The notes under the pieces are model-generated. The model saw only the letters and a program-made list of their open reading frames with translations, was not told the DNA's origin and made no database searches. Of a stretch of 35,847 nucleotides of DNA, positions 11,174 through 22,301 are shown piece by piece. Numbering within the stretch: position 1 is the first letter of the stretch; every line of letters starts with the position of its first letter. The DNA is taken from NCBI RefSeq assembly GCF_001194135.2, contig NC_068982.1:5936389-5972235 (forward strand), given 5' to 3'. The DNA is from Octopus bimaculoides (Eukaryota). The position numbers and the translations under genes were made by a program.

Positions 11174-12464
11174 TTTGTTACTACTTTTGACCCTCCTCAA
11201 AATCCGAAATTTTATTTAATTTGCTTTACGGGAGCAACTGTTTTATCGAAGGAGTATCTTGTGAATTGCTCGCTATACGGGTTAGAAAAACAGTCGATAA
11301 TTGATGAAGGGACGTTCTTTATGTTGCTTGTCTTGTTTTCCATTTGTTTCTTTCGTTGTTCGCAAAAAAATATGTTAATATTCCATGTATTCGTATTTCG
11401 TATTTTATGTTGTTTACGTTCTGAGATGTCCTATGCCCACAAATGAAAATGTATATACACATATATGTAAGTATGTACATAGATGTATGTATATATGCAT
11501 ATATATGAACGGGAACGTGAAACTCAGAGTAACGGTTTTTTTGTNNNNNNNNNNNNNNNNNNNNNNNNNNNNNNNNNNNNNNNNNNNNNNNNNNNNNNNN
11601 NNNNNNNNNNNNNNNNNNNNNNNNNNNNNNNNNNNNNNNNNNNNNNNNNNNNNNNNNNNNNNNNNNNNNNNNNNNNNNNNNNNNNNNNNNNNNNNNNNNN
11701 NNNNNNNNNNNNNNNNNNNNNNNNNNNNNNNNNNNNNNNNNNNNNNNNNNNNNNNNNNNNNNNNNNNNNNNNNNNNNNNNNNNNNNNNNNNNNNNNNNNN
11801 NNNNNNNNNNNNNNNNNNNNNNNNNNNNNNNNNNNNNNNNNNNNNNNNNNNNNNNNNNNNNNNNNNNNNNNNNNNNNNNNNNNNNNNNNNNNNNNNNNNN
11901 NNNNNNNNNNNNNNNNNNNNNNNNNNNNNNNNNNNNNNNNNNNNNNNNNNNNNNNNNNNNNNNNNNNNNNNNNNNNNNNNNNNNNNNNNNNNNNNNNNNN
12001 NNNNNNNNNNNNNNNNNNNNNNNNNNNNNNNNNNNNNNNNNNNNNNNNNNNNNNNNNNNNNNNNNNNNNNNNNNNNNNNNNNNNNNNNNNNNNNNNNNNN
12101 NNNNNNNNNNNNNNNNNNNNNNNNNNNNNNNNNNNNNNNNNNNNNNNNNNNNNNNNNNNNNNNNNNNNNNNNNNNNNNNNNNNNNNNNNNNNNNNNNNNN
12201 NNNNNNNNNNNNNNNNNNNNNNNNNNNNNNNNNNNNNNNNNNNNNNNNNNNNNNNNNNNNNNNNNNNNNNNNNNNNNNNNNNNNNNNNNNNNNNNNNNNN
12301 NNNNNNNNNNNNNNNNNNNNNNNNNNNNNNNNNNNNNNNNNNNNNNNNNNNNNNNNNNNNNNNNNNNNNNNNNNNNNNNNNNNNNNNNNNNNNNNNNNNN
12401 NNNNNNNNNNNNNNNNTTTAAATGAATAATAACACAATATATATTTTACCTTTTTATCTTTTAC

Positions 12465-12811
12465 CTTTTTATCTTTTACCTTTTGTGTCAGTCATTAGAC
12501 TGCGCCGATGCTGGGGCACTGTCTTAGAAGAATTTTTGCTGAGAATTTATTTTTAAACACTGGCACTTATTCTATCGATCTCATATGCCAAACCGCTAAG
12601 TTACAGGTACGTAAATACACCAACACCAGTTGTCAAACGGTGGTGAGGAACATAGACACACACATACACACACACATACAGTCAACAGGCTTCATTCAGT
12701 TTCCGTCTACCAAATCCACTCACAAGGCTTTGGTCGGGCCGAGACTATAGGGGAAGACACTTGCCCAAAATTCCACGCAGTGGGACTGAATCCATGACCA
12801 TTTGGTTGGGA
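12465..12811 (-). mobile_element. SINE-C, head interrupted by SINE-B
   Basis: Aligns to 7819-8215; switches to SINE-B sequence at about 12812. Confidence 0.85.
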
Positions 12812-12935
12812 TTCCGCCGAGGTCGACTTTACCTTTCATCCTTTCGGAGTCAATAAATCAAGTACCAGTTGCGTACTGAGTCGATCTAATCGACTGGACC
12901 CTTCCCCCAAAATTTCGGGCCTTGTGCCTAGAGTA
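12812..12935 (+). mobile_element. SINE-B, 5'-truncated
   Basis: ATTCCGCCGAGGTCGACTTTACCTTTCATCCTTTCGGAGTC...GGCCTTGTGCCTAGAGTA, reverse complement of the 1252-1380 region. Confidence 0.88.
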
Positions 12936-13134
12936 AAAAAAAAAAAAATTATAATTATTCATTCCTCCGGTGATAGAAAGTTTGGATCCAGGAATAAGTT
13001 TCGATTCCCAGCTGAAGTTAATTTCTCTTCTCTTTCGTTTACTTTCACTTGCTTGACTTTCAAAAATAAGATTGTTACAAGACGTTTTTTTACTACATTA
13101 AAAAAGGCCATTGTTAGGTGAGGACACATTAGAT

Positions 13135-13410
13135 CAGAGGTTCTCAAAGTGGGTGGTACTGTCCCTATGGGGGACGGTGGAAAGCTCCAAGAGGGCGCTG
13201 AAGAAAAGTGGGGCGATAATGGGGTAGCGATTCATGTAAAAACAACAAAATAATGAGTTCATTAGTTTAAGTTTTATTTGTGAATAACAGTTGTCTTGAA
13301 TTTGCTTTAGAAAAATGTCTATGTTTGTGATGACTAGTTGGGGTGGAGATGCTAAGAATGTAGTCCTGGTGTTAAGGGGGCGGCAGCCCGAAAATGTTTG
13401 GGAAGCAGTG
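13135..13410 (+). mobile_element. hAT (Charlie/Buster-type) non-autonomous element, 276 bp
   Basis: Perfect 8-bp TSD CATTAGAT at 13127-13134 and 13411-13418. Imperfect TIRs CAGAGGTTCTCAAA / CACTGCTTCCCAAA (reverse complement). Right end matches 16830-16889. Confidence 0.92.
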
Positions 13411-14114
13411 CATTAGATGATTGCATCTGAAACACCATCAGTTAGCTTGATCATGACTGACTACAGTAAAGCAAGACAAAAAAAAAAAAAGATCTGTGTT
13501 CAAAGTTTTTACAAGTCCTCTCACAGCTAATGGTACGATTTAGCTGATGTTCAGGCTGAACCCCTGTATCTGTTGGGAAAAAAGCATCGAAAGAGTAAAA
13601 CTATATTTAAAGAAGCAGCCATGCATATAATATAGAAGTGAACCGTACAGTGTTCGTTTTCCTAAACGTATTAAACTTAAAATAGATAAATATGTACAAT
13701 CTTTGAGATATAAAGTAGGCCATCCGAGCGCTGCAGATGTAACACACAAACAGACGCCTATACACGCATGATATGTCTCTAGCTNNNNNNNNNNNNNNNN
13801 NNNNNNNNNNNNNNNNNNNNNNNNNNNNNNNNNNNNNNNNNNNNNNNNNNNNNNNNNNNNNNNNNNNNNNNNNNNNNNNNNNNNNNNNNNNNNNNNNNNN
13901 NNNNNNNNNNNNNNNNNNNNNNNNNNNNNNNNNNNNNNNNNNNNNNNNNNNNNNNNNNNNNNNNNNNNNNNNNNNNNNNNNNNNNNNNNNNNNNNNNNNN
14001 NNNNNNNNNNNNNNTATATATATATGTGTATGTATGTATGTATGTATGTATGTATGTATCTATCTATCTATCTATCTATCTATTACACACACCAACACAC
14101 TCACACACACATAT

Positions 14115-14315
14115 AGGCGCAGGCGTGACTGTGTGGTAAGAAGCTTGCTTCCCAATCACATAGTTACAGGTTCAGTCCCACTGCGTGGCACCTTGGGCGA
14201 GTGTCCTCTACTATAGCCTCGGGCCGACCAAAGCCCTGTGAGTAGATTTGGTAGAAGGAAACTGAAAGAAGCCCGTCATGTCTGTGTGTATATATACATA
14301 TATATATATATATAT
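14115..14315 (+). mobile_element. SINE-C 5' half
   Basis: AGGCGCAGGCGTGACTGTGTGGTAAG...GAAACTGAAAGAAGCCCGTC followed by the internal microsatellite. Confidence 0.88.
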
Positions 14316-14317
14316 GT

Positions 14318-14478
14318 GGGAGAATGTACGAAAAAAACAACAACAACAGACGAGGACAGGTGGTGTAAACAACAAAAGGATGTATTAGTTTGACGCTCGG
14401 GAATACAGAAAGTCTTTAACGTTTCGAGCTACGCTCTTCAACAGAAAGAATACGGAGAAAACAAGGAGAAAAACACGA
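14318..14478 (-). mobile_element. Short repeat carrying a hammerhead-like motif (Penelope pLTR-like)
   Basis: Contains the motif at 14413-14449; flanks are unrelated to SINE-H. Family status cannot be shown from one copy. Confidence 0.5.
14413..14449 (-). ncRNA. Type I hammerhead-like motif, variant core CUGUUGA
   Basis: Minus strand TCTTT-CTGTTGA-A-GAGC-GTA-GCTC-GAAA-CG-TT-AAAGA: 5-bp helix I, 4-bp helix II, ACGT helix III; conserved A6 is replaced by U. Confidence 0.55.
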
Positions 14479-14489
14479 TATATATGCAT

Positions 14490-14702
14490 TTTTTCTTTTA
14501 CTTGCTTTAATCATTTGATTGCGGCCATGCTGGAGCATCGCCTTCAATCGAGCAAATTGCCCCCAGGGCTTATTCTTTGTAAGCCTAGTACTTATTTTGC
14601 CGAACTGCTAAGTTACGGGGGCGTAAACACACCAGCATCGACTGTCAAGCGATGTTGGTGGTGGTGGTGGGGGACAAACACAGACACACAAACATATAGA
14701 CG

Positions 14703-14735
<33 letters not shown>

Positions 14736-14745
14736 GTATATATAG
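14490..14745 (-). mobile_element. SINE-C 3' half
   Basis: Aligns to 7819-8080. Confidence 0.88.
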
Positions 14746-15291
14746 TTTAGGACAATTAGTAAGTTGTCATAATAGTACTCATCGTAGTGCATTCCCGTTG
14801 GTTATCAATTTATTAATGGCAGCAGATGCTATGAAGACCTATTGAATAAAAGGGATTTTAGTCTAGTAGGTAGAGAAAATATAAAAGATAAAAAAATATA
14901 CGCAACCGTATTCTCGTAGTACATAGACATAAAACCTCCTGCGTTCATAACGTCTACATACGTACGCACTCGCACAAACCTCTACACACACACATATATG
15001 CGCATGCACGTACTCATACATACACACGTATCCATACACACATATGTGTATATATGTGTGTGTGTGTATACATACATATATACATGCATACATATACATA
15101 TACATGCTTATATTTAACTATGTATATGTAAATGTGTGTGAGTGTGCGTGTGTATGTCTGTGTCTGTGCGTATGGGTGCATGTGTGTGTGTGTGTGCACA
15201 GGCTGCATCAGGATTTTGAGGACAACTCTTTCAAGAGCTCTTTCTTATAACGTTTTTTTTTTTTTTATACTTTACTTTTCAGATAAATAAT

Positions 15292-15504
15292 CCTTTCTAC
15301 TATAGGAACAAGGCCTGAAATTTTGGGAGTTGGGTAAATTGATTACATCGACCCCGGTGCTTCACTGGTACTTAATTTATCGGCTCCGATAGGATGAAAT
15401 GCAAAGTCGACCTCGGCGGAATTTAAATTCAAAACGTAAAAACGGACGAAGGACTGCTCAGCATTTTGCTTGGCCTGCTAACGATTCTACCAGCTTGCCG
15501 CCTT
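15292..15504 (-). mobile_element. SINE-B, full length
   Basis: 18-bp TSD ACTTTTCAGAT(A/G)AATAAT at 15274-15291 and 15505-15522; A-box TGGTAGAATCG; B-box-like sequence. Confidence 0.92.
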
Positions 15505-15545
15505 ACTTTTCAGATGAATAATATTAGACATAAGGTTGACCTAGC

Positions 15546-16200
15546 AAATGAAAAAGCACGCTGTAATCGTTTCTTTATAAGTGCAGCATAGTGATACAAA
15601 GATAGCTCTCTTCCCGAAAGTTGCCGATCTTTCGTCGTCAAAGTTCGAAAGGAGCTCGAAACAGCTGACGGGGACCCAACACCAGCGGCTAAATTCAAAA
15701 TGCACAGAACACACAACTTTTTAGAAAATCGATGGATACCGCAGAAAGTCAATCGGGGCCATTGCAAAGAACTTGAAAGTTTCAGAATGTACTAGCAGAA
15801 GACGTGTGCCCGAGAACAGATCCGTTCAAAGCGCTTATTAAACAAAATATCAAGACGCTGGATTGCTTTGGGTCTTCTCTTACGAGAAAAACTTCGACTT
15901 GGACCAAATGGTACACAAAAAGAACGACAGATGGTTATACAGTGACCCGAATGAGATTCAGACGGTCTTGTAAGCTAAATTCCCAGCAACTGTGATGGTT
16001 CTGAGAGTCGTCAGCAATGAAGTAGATGTCATGCCTCCTCGCTTTTTTTTTAGCAAGGATGAAGACTCATTACCGCTGTATACACAGAAACGTTGGAAAA
16101 AGTTATGAGACCTTGGATACACATAGTACACAACGGAAGACCGTGCTTCTCCCAACAATACTGTGTCGTGTTATAAAGATAGAACGACTTGGATGCTTGA
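15546..16200 (+). mobile_element. Tc1/mariner transposase pseudogene, maT/DD37D-like
   Basis: MKKHAVIVSL..., KSIGAIAKNLKVSE (HTH), WVFSYEKNFDLDQ (FSDEKNF with D>Y, 15875-15895), NDRWL..DPNEI..V..KFPATVMVLRVVSNEVDVMPP.FF, LEKVMRPWI...GRP; stops and frameshifts throughout. Confidence 0.85.
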
Positions 16201-16260
16201 CACATAGTCTAGTAGCTAGCTAGACTTCAATCCACTGGAGTGTAATTTATGGGGTGCAGT

Positions 16261-16261
<1 letters not shown>

Positions 16262-16296
<35 letters not shown>
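16262..16296. repeat. (GA)n microsatellite
   Basis: Direct reading. Confidence 0.95.
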
Positions 16297-16297
<1 letters not shown>

Positions 16298-16829
16298 AAA
16301 CAAAACCTCCATTACATCATACAATCTCTGAAGTCCGCCATAATCAGCACTATGTCCATAATTAATAAAGATCATCTGATTCAGGCATGTCAACACTTCC
16401 GATTTTGTAGCAACCATTGATGCTAACAGTAGATTTATTGAATAGGTGTAATAAAAGGTTCTCAAGATAATTTGTACCAATTTGTTCACAAATTCAGGCT
16501 TTCTCTGATGAGCTCTGCGTGTGTTTCGTGATTCATACAAATGGTCTATAAAAACCCTGACATCCCTCGCAAAGAACAAAGTTGAAAATGTTAAAATGCT
16601 TGGAGACTTCATGATTAATAGAAGGAAAATATTTACATCTTTGTCCAAGTATGCTACTCGTTTCAATTGTTTTAAGACTATTTAGTTATGCAATAAGCAA
16701 ATGGAGAATAAATTAAAATAAATTAACCTTTATTGCTAGGAGTTCCATAAAATGAGAAAAGTGGGGGGAAAACTGACGATTTATAACTCGAAAGCAAAGA
16801 GAAACGTAAAGACTTGAAAACATTCAGTC

Positions 16830-17760
16830 CAGTTGTTCCCAAGCGTTTTAGGACTGCCGCCCCCTTGGCACCCAATCCACATTCCTAGCNNNNNNNNNNN
16901 NNNNNNNNNNNNNNNNNNNNNNNNNNNNNNNNNNNNNNNNNNNNNNNNNNNNNNNNNNNNNNNNNNNNNNNNNNNNNNNNAACATAGACCTCTTTCTACT
17001 GTAAATTAAAAACAATTATACTTCACAAATAAAATTTAACCTAATTAACTCATTATTTTGTTGATTTTACAATATGAAAGACTAAATTTACATTCCACAT
17101 GTAACTATGTTGCTTTTATATTTCTAATGCGATGGATGCATATTGTGCTGGGACATCAGAGTCTCGACATCAGGCTGAAAAGAACTGAGAAGTAGTCTTA
17201 TACCCCCGCGTTCAATATTTTTCAGTCTATTTCTTTGCTTAGGAAGAATCTGGGCAACTTCACTGAAGCCTCGCTCTACAAAATATGATGTTAAGAAGAC
17301 AATAAGGTACAACTTGACTTCGTTCCACAGCGTAAGATAGCAGCCAGAAAGATTTTTTTGCAATCAAATATCCTGACATGGTTTTTTAAAACTTTGTCCC
17401 CAGCTCCATGTTATTTTTAAGTGAAACCTTCTCCATTATCCGTCTTTCTTCATAACTGATGCTCATCCACTTGTGAACAAAACATTTGCAAGTCATCTTC
17501 TGGTATCAACGGCCTATGTTAAATTTGAGTTGCTGTAACTTGGACCGAAACATGGAGAGGATTAGTTTTATATTAATATGGTCTAACTTTGATAAGCTGC
17601 TAATTAATTTCATTGAACTTTGTGAATATATTTGCCACGTAAACAATGCCATGCTTGATGTTCCTTGGTTCATCACACAGAACAAAATAAGACTCTTGCA
17701 AGAATTCAACAACTGTTTTAAAAAGGGAATGGAAACTTTCAGATAGTTTCCCTTTGACAG
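16830..17760 (-). mobile_element. hAT Charlie/Buster transposase pseudogene (C-terminal part) with terminal repeat
   Basis: Minus strand IVYVANIFTKFNEIN*QL, SMFRSKLQQLKFNIGR, FLTSYFVERGFSEVAQILPKQRNRLKNIERGGIRLLLSSFQPDVETLMSQHNMHPSH* (dimerisation domain, HPSH end, stop at 17124). TIR-like CAGTTGTTCCCAAG at 16830. Gap at 16890-16980. Confidence 0.88.
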
Positions 17761-18962
17761 CTATTGAACTTCTGTGAGCAACAAAAGTTCATAAATCTTC
17801 ATCATTCTCTCTCAGAACAAAGTTGTAGAATCAGTGGGGAATTGTATGCCTGTTCCTTGATTTTATTTACTGGTGTGTTAATAGTGCTCATTGATTTGTT
17901 AATCTTTGACGAAGCAAACAAAAACAAGAAACATACTTTCATTGCTTCGCAAAGAGGCAAAGAGACTAATCTAACTGTAAGCTTAGTTTGGTTGTTCTAA
18001 GTATGTTGCACATTATATCTTCAATATTTTAACATTTGCAATACGCATTTTTAGAAAGCAATTTTCATATTTCCGCTTAATTTTCATGAGTAAAATCCCG
18101 ATCCCACTACAAAAAAAAACCAAAAAAAAAAACCCGAGCTATTTTGATTCATGCACTCTAGCTTTTCCAATTTTTTTTTCTGTAAGAATACAGGTTATAA
18201 GTGTTTCAAAATATGGAATACTACAACATAATGAAAATATCTTTAAAAGGTGGTGGTTGTTGAGTTCCTAAGGTACGATGATGGGATATGCAGACGTTTA
18301 AAAAAAAAGATTTAAAAGTTTTGAAGAAAATCCAAGTATTTAAAAAGTGGGATATTATAAAGCGTGGAAAAATCCCGAAAAGAAAAAAACAAAAGAAAGA
18401 GAGAAATTCCGATCTATGTAAGACAGCTATTCTGGAAGATCGAGAAATATAAATTAAACGACTTTTTAAAATTCGTAATAGTAGAGCTTCTAAAACATAA
18501 ATTTGAAAAAAATGTGGGAAAAAAACCGAAAGACAAAAACAATTGGTGAGTTCAAATTCGAACGCCACTACGATAACGTGTATTTGAGCAAATCTAAAAA
18601 TGAGAAATTATTATAGTAATTTATATTTAAAATAGGTATTATTTTAATCAACGTGTGAATCTGTTGGGTCTGACTATTTGTTAAAACATGTACGAAGTTC
18701 ATAATTGTAGTTGTTTAAAAAATTGATTTATTTAGTGTAAGTGATCATTCTCTCTCTCCCCAATTCTGCATAAACACACACACACACACATGTGTGTGTT
18801 TGTGTATTTATGGCTTCGAGTAATTGCTTCTCCACTTAATATTCTCTGGGGAGTTTGAGGAGTAGAATGACCACTGACTTCATTACTGATGCCAAATATA
18901 TATCTATATGTGTATCTCTCTCTCTCTGTATATATTTATATATATGTGTGTGTGTGTGTGTA

Positions 18963-20310
18963 TACTTTGATAAGTTTCGGCCAATATTGGCCCAGGCCAT
19001 GTCTAACTTAATAGCACCACCTGACATAGTCATTCAAATCAGGAATCGCACACCATGGCCCACTCAAGTAGAGAGTTACAGTTTACCGAGACATATCCGA
19101 GTGTAGGAGGTTTATCCAGGATTTCTTGAACGAACTTATCTAAAGACTTCTTGAAATTTTATGGGGTCTGTTTCTGCTTTAATGTTTTTGTGTGTAATGT
19201 TAAAGAGAGCGGGGCCAATTGAGGTGGAATAATTGTTCCGTATTGTTGTGATGCGAGTATGGTTTATGTTGTGGGCGGATAACAAGGGGTCCAAGTTTTG
19301 GTTGTATCTTAAAGGCGATGCTAACATCATTGGGGCAATCCTGATGGAATATTTTCTACATCATGCAGATGATGTAGCGCTCACGGCAGCGTTGGAGAGA
19401 ATAAAGCTTGAGCTTTTCTAGTCGACCCCAATAGTCAAGGCCTGTCATGCCATCTATATTTCTTGTAATTGACCTTTGAGGTGCTTCAGTTTTCATGATA
19501 CTTTGTTTCGTGTGGGGAGACCACAGTGGACAACAGTATTCAAGATGGGGTCGGGCAAAAGTTGAGAAGGATAATGGTGTGGATATCTCTCGACTGGAAA
19601 GTTCTGAGAATCCAGAAGCACATTCTGCGAGTCATGTCAACTTTGCTGTTTATATGAGCAGCCCAGCTTATGCTGTTGTCCACAATTACTCCCAAGTCTC
19701 TGATGTTGTTGGATGCCATGAGAGTTTCACCTGAAGGAAGGGAATATAGGAGTTTCAGGGTATCCTCTTTTCCGAAGTGGATTAACTCAAATTTGAACTC
19801 GTTCAGCAGCATATTACTCTTTTCCACCCATTGGGTGACAGCCAGTAGATCTGACTGAAGGCGTGCCCGGTCACCCACTTCATTGATGACCTTCTGGATC
19901 TTGGAATCATCTGCAAAGATTCTTATGTTGTTTTGCTTGATGATGTCAGTAATGTCATTGATGTAGATGATGAAAAGAAGTAGGCCCAACACTATTGACT
20001 TTGGCTGGGTTTGGTTTTACTCCTTCGACAACAACGTATTGGGTTCTGCCTGTCAGAAAACATTTGATCCATTGTAGTAACTTTCTTGAGACACCAATGT
20101 TGGATAATTTTTCAAGAGGATCTTATGATCCACCCTGTCAAAGGCCTTGCTGAAATCAAGGTAGATAACATCAGTATTCGAGTCCTCTCCCAAAGCTCTC
20201 AAAATGTCATCAAGGTGATGCAGGAGCTGCGTTAGGCAGTTCCTTCCATTACGGTATCCATGTTGATTGGGATTCAGCAGTCTGTTGCTTTCAAGAAAGT
20301 GGATTATCCA
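18963..20310 (-). mobile_element. CR1/L2-group LINE, 5'-truncated, RT domain through 3' end
   Basis: NQHGYRNGRNCLTQLL..., YLDFSKAFDRVDH, (GVPQG motif deleted) VLGLLLFIIYIND, FADDSK, RDLGVIVD, LEYCCPLWSP, LYSLQRRRER, DKPPTLGY...NSLLEW; 3' UTR hairpin and ATCAAAGT tail; frameshifts present. Confidence 0.92.
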
Positions 20311-20448
20311 TGAAACGATCGTACTGCATTAATTTTGGATATCCTTGTTGCTTATTTTGATTTTAATCACCTTATTTTGAAACTGTATGGATGACATCAT
20401 ACTAAATTCTGGTGCCTAAACTTAAGTACCATATTCACCTGAATCTAA

Positions 20449-20483
<35 letters not shown>

Positions 20484-20484
20484 T

Positions 20485-20861
20485 TATTCTCAAATTTTTA
20501 TTCCCACCACAAAACCCTCCTCGAATGAGCAACACTGATTCCACGACTGCATACTTTGAAATGACTAAACATGAACTGCTATTGGAACTTACACACCATG
20601 TACAAGATACTTCTTTACACCATTTTCCTCGAATAATGAAACTGCAACTACAATATCTTTATCCATTTTATTTCTACTTTCATTCTCTTATTTCCCTCTA
20701 TATTCCCTATCTTTTCCATAATAATTCGAACTCAAATATGTTCTCACACCGTCTCTGATAAAGGAATATCCATAATATCCCAGAAACAGCTGTAAGACTA
20801 TTTCATTATAAATGTCCTGAAAACTCCTCACAGCCTTGGCTTTGTTATCTCATTCTGTCTA

Positions 20862-20870
<9 letters not shown>
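20485..20870 (+). mobile_element. Penelope-like element 3'/pLTR remnant
   Basis: Frame reading QIFIPTTKPSSNEQH* resembles the FI...KP.LN.Q end of PLE GIY-YIG endonucleases; followed about 210 bp later by a type I hammerhead-like motif. Confidence 0.55.
20751..20798 (+). ncRNA. Type I hammerhead-like motif, G8>A degenerate
   Basis: GTCT-CTGATAA-A-GGAATAT-CCATA-ATATCCC-A-GAAA-CAGCTG-TA-AGAC: helix I GTCT/AGAC, helix II 6 of 7 pairs, helix III palindrome ACAGCTGT, GUA cleavage triplet. Confidence 0.6.
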
Positions 20871-20923
<53 letters not shown>

Positions 20924-21284
20924 TTTTCAGTTCGGTGTTGCTGTTGTGCTTGTTATTGTTATTGTTGCTGACGTTGTTTCTATTCAGTGCCATATGTTTT
21001 TGTCTTTCTTGGGAATTCTCTTGGGAACTTTATGACCAACCTCGTTAGTAAAATTTTGGTTTTATTTTTTTTTATATATATATAATTTTGTTCCCTTCTT
21101 GCTTGAAGTTAGTTTTCTTAAGGCAACATTTTTCAGATCGATTTGTAAGAACTATTTTGTAAACCTGAATGTATCTTTGAAAGACAGAGGAAAGCTGTTG
21201 CCCTTAAATCCCCACCCCGCCCTGGATTTTCCCACCGCCTACTTTGGCAATCACTTGTCTAAACGGTAGGATATCGTCATCAAT

Positions 21285-21565
21285 ATTGATTTCAAATTTG
21301 GTCATAAGGCCAGCAAATTCGGGTGAGGTGATGAGTCGATTAGATCGACCCAGTACGCAACAGGTACTTATTTAATCGACCCCAGTACGCAACAGGTACT
21401 TATTTAATCGACCCCAATACACAACAGGTACTTATTTAATCGACCCCGAAAGAATGAAAGGCAAAGTCGACCTCGGTGGAATTTGAACTCAGAACGTAAA
21501 GACAGACGAAATACCGCTAAGTATTTTGTCCGGTGTGCTAACGATTCTACCGGCTCACCGCCTTT
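21285..21565 (-). mobile_element. SINE-B with internal 31-32 bp triplication
   Basis: ATCGACCC(C)A.TAC.CAACAGGTACTTATTTA units start at 21344, 21375 and 21407; normal SINE-B sequence resumes at 21439. Confidence 0.9.
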
Positions 21566-22058
21566 TTCGTCATCGTTGTGGAGTAAATTGCTGAGTAAAA
21601 CAAATGCATTTGTTATGTGATACAAAATATCCGTAAATCACCACCCGCCTAATCGACAATATGTCTGCCTACGAAGCAAAACGTCTCGTATTTTGTCATC
21701 CGTACTATGGCTATAATAATTTCATGGTCGTATGGTTGCAATCAGTCCGCCTCTAAGTAGGTGATATGTGCTTGTAAAGCTTACTGCTGTTAGAAAAGCA
21801 ATAACTGATGAAAGCTTAACTTATAATACCAGACAAAGGAAACGAAGACATTCATTGAAGCTGTATGTGGTGGAAAATCACCGACCATCAGGCAGATATT
21901 GTATTAAATTTTGAGGGATTCTACAACTGCAATGCATAGGGGTCATGCTAGTTGAGTCTCTTGAAATTTCGGTGTCTCTGATTTTCTTCACCAATCTCTT
22001 CTACTGTTGCCTTTTTGTGTCTCTCATTCTTTATTGTTATCATAAAGAATGATTACAA

Positions 22059-22182
22059 TCATCTCGTTTGTTGTTAACACAACGTTTCGGCTGATATACC
22101 CTCCGGCCTTCATCAGGTATCTTGAGGAAATTTCGAACCTGGGTTCCCATTTCTAACGTATTTTTCGATGTTGTTGTTGTTG

Positions 22183-22219
<37 letters not shown>

Positions 22220-22301
22220 CATTATTCAGGTCACTGTCTGGAATTGAACTCGGAATTTTGGGGTTAGTAGCTCGCGCTCTTAACCACTAAGCCATATGCC
22301 C
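22059..22301 (-). mobile_element. SINE-H: tRNA-like head + (AAT)n(AAC)n + hammerhead tail, gap-free copy, 3'-truncated
   Basis: Minus strand GGGCATATGGCTTAGTGGTTAAGAGC (A-box)...CCGAGTTCAATTCC (B-box)...TGACCTG (AAT)n(AAC)n ATCGAAAAATAC...CCCAGGTTCGAAATTTCC, then the HHR. Confidence 0.9.
22076..22121 (-). ncRNA. Type I hammerhead ribozyme motif
   Basis: GATAC-CTGATGA-A-GGCCGG-AGGGTATA-TCAGCC-GAAA-CG-TT-GTGTT; intact core; helix I 5 bp including G-U pairs; one mismatch in helix II. Confidence 0.78.

Noticed and set aside
16505-16530. CTGATGA heptamer
   Set aside because: No hairpin plus GAAA follows on the same strand.
16247-16666. 139-aa and other short ORFs in unique-looking AT-rich DNA (also 23024-23326, 25125-25448)
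   Set aside because: No recognisable domain or splice support; lengths are within chance expectation.
18090-18660. A-rich block possibly from a non-autonomous DNA transposon (also 33650-34330)
   Set aside because: No TIR, TSD or second copy identifiable within the window.
18974-18998. Palindrome GGCCAATATTGGCC (18979-18992) followed by GAAAC on the minus strand, superficially hammerhead-like
   Set aside because: No CUGANGA box; position fits the 3' UTR stem-loop of the LINE.
21344-21446. CRISPR-like regular 32-bp repeats
   Set aside because: Units are contiguous with no unique spacers and lie inside a SINE in eukaryotic DNA.
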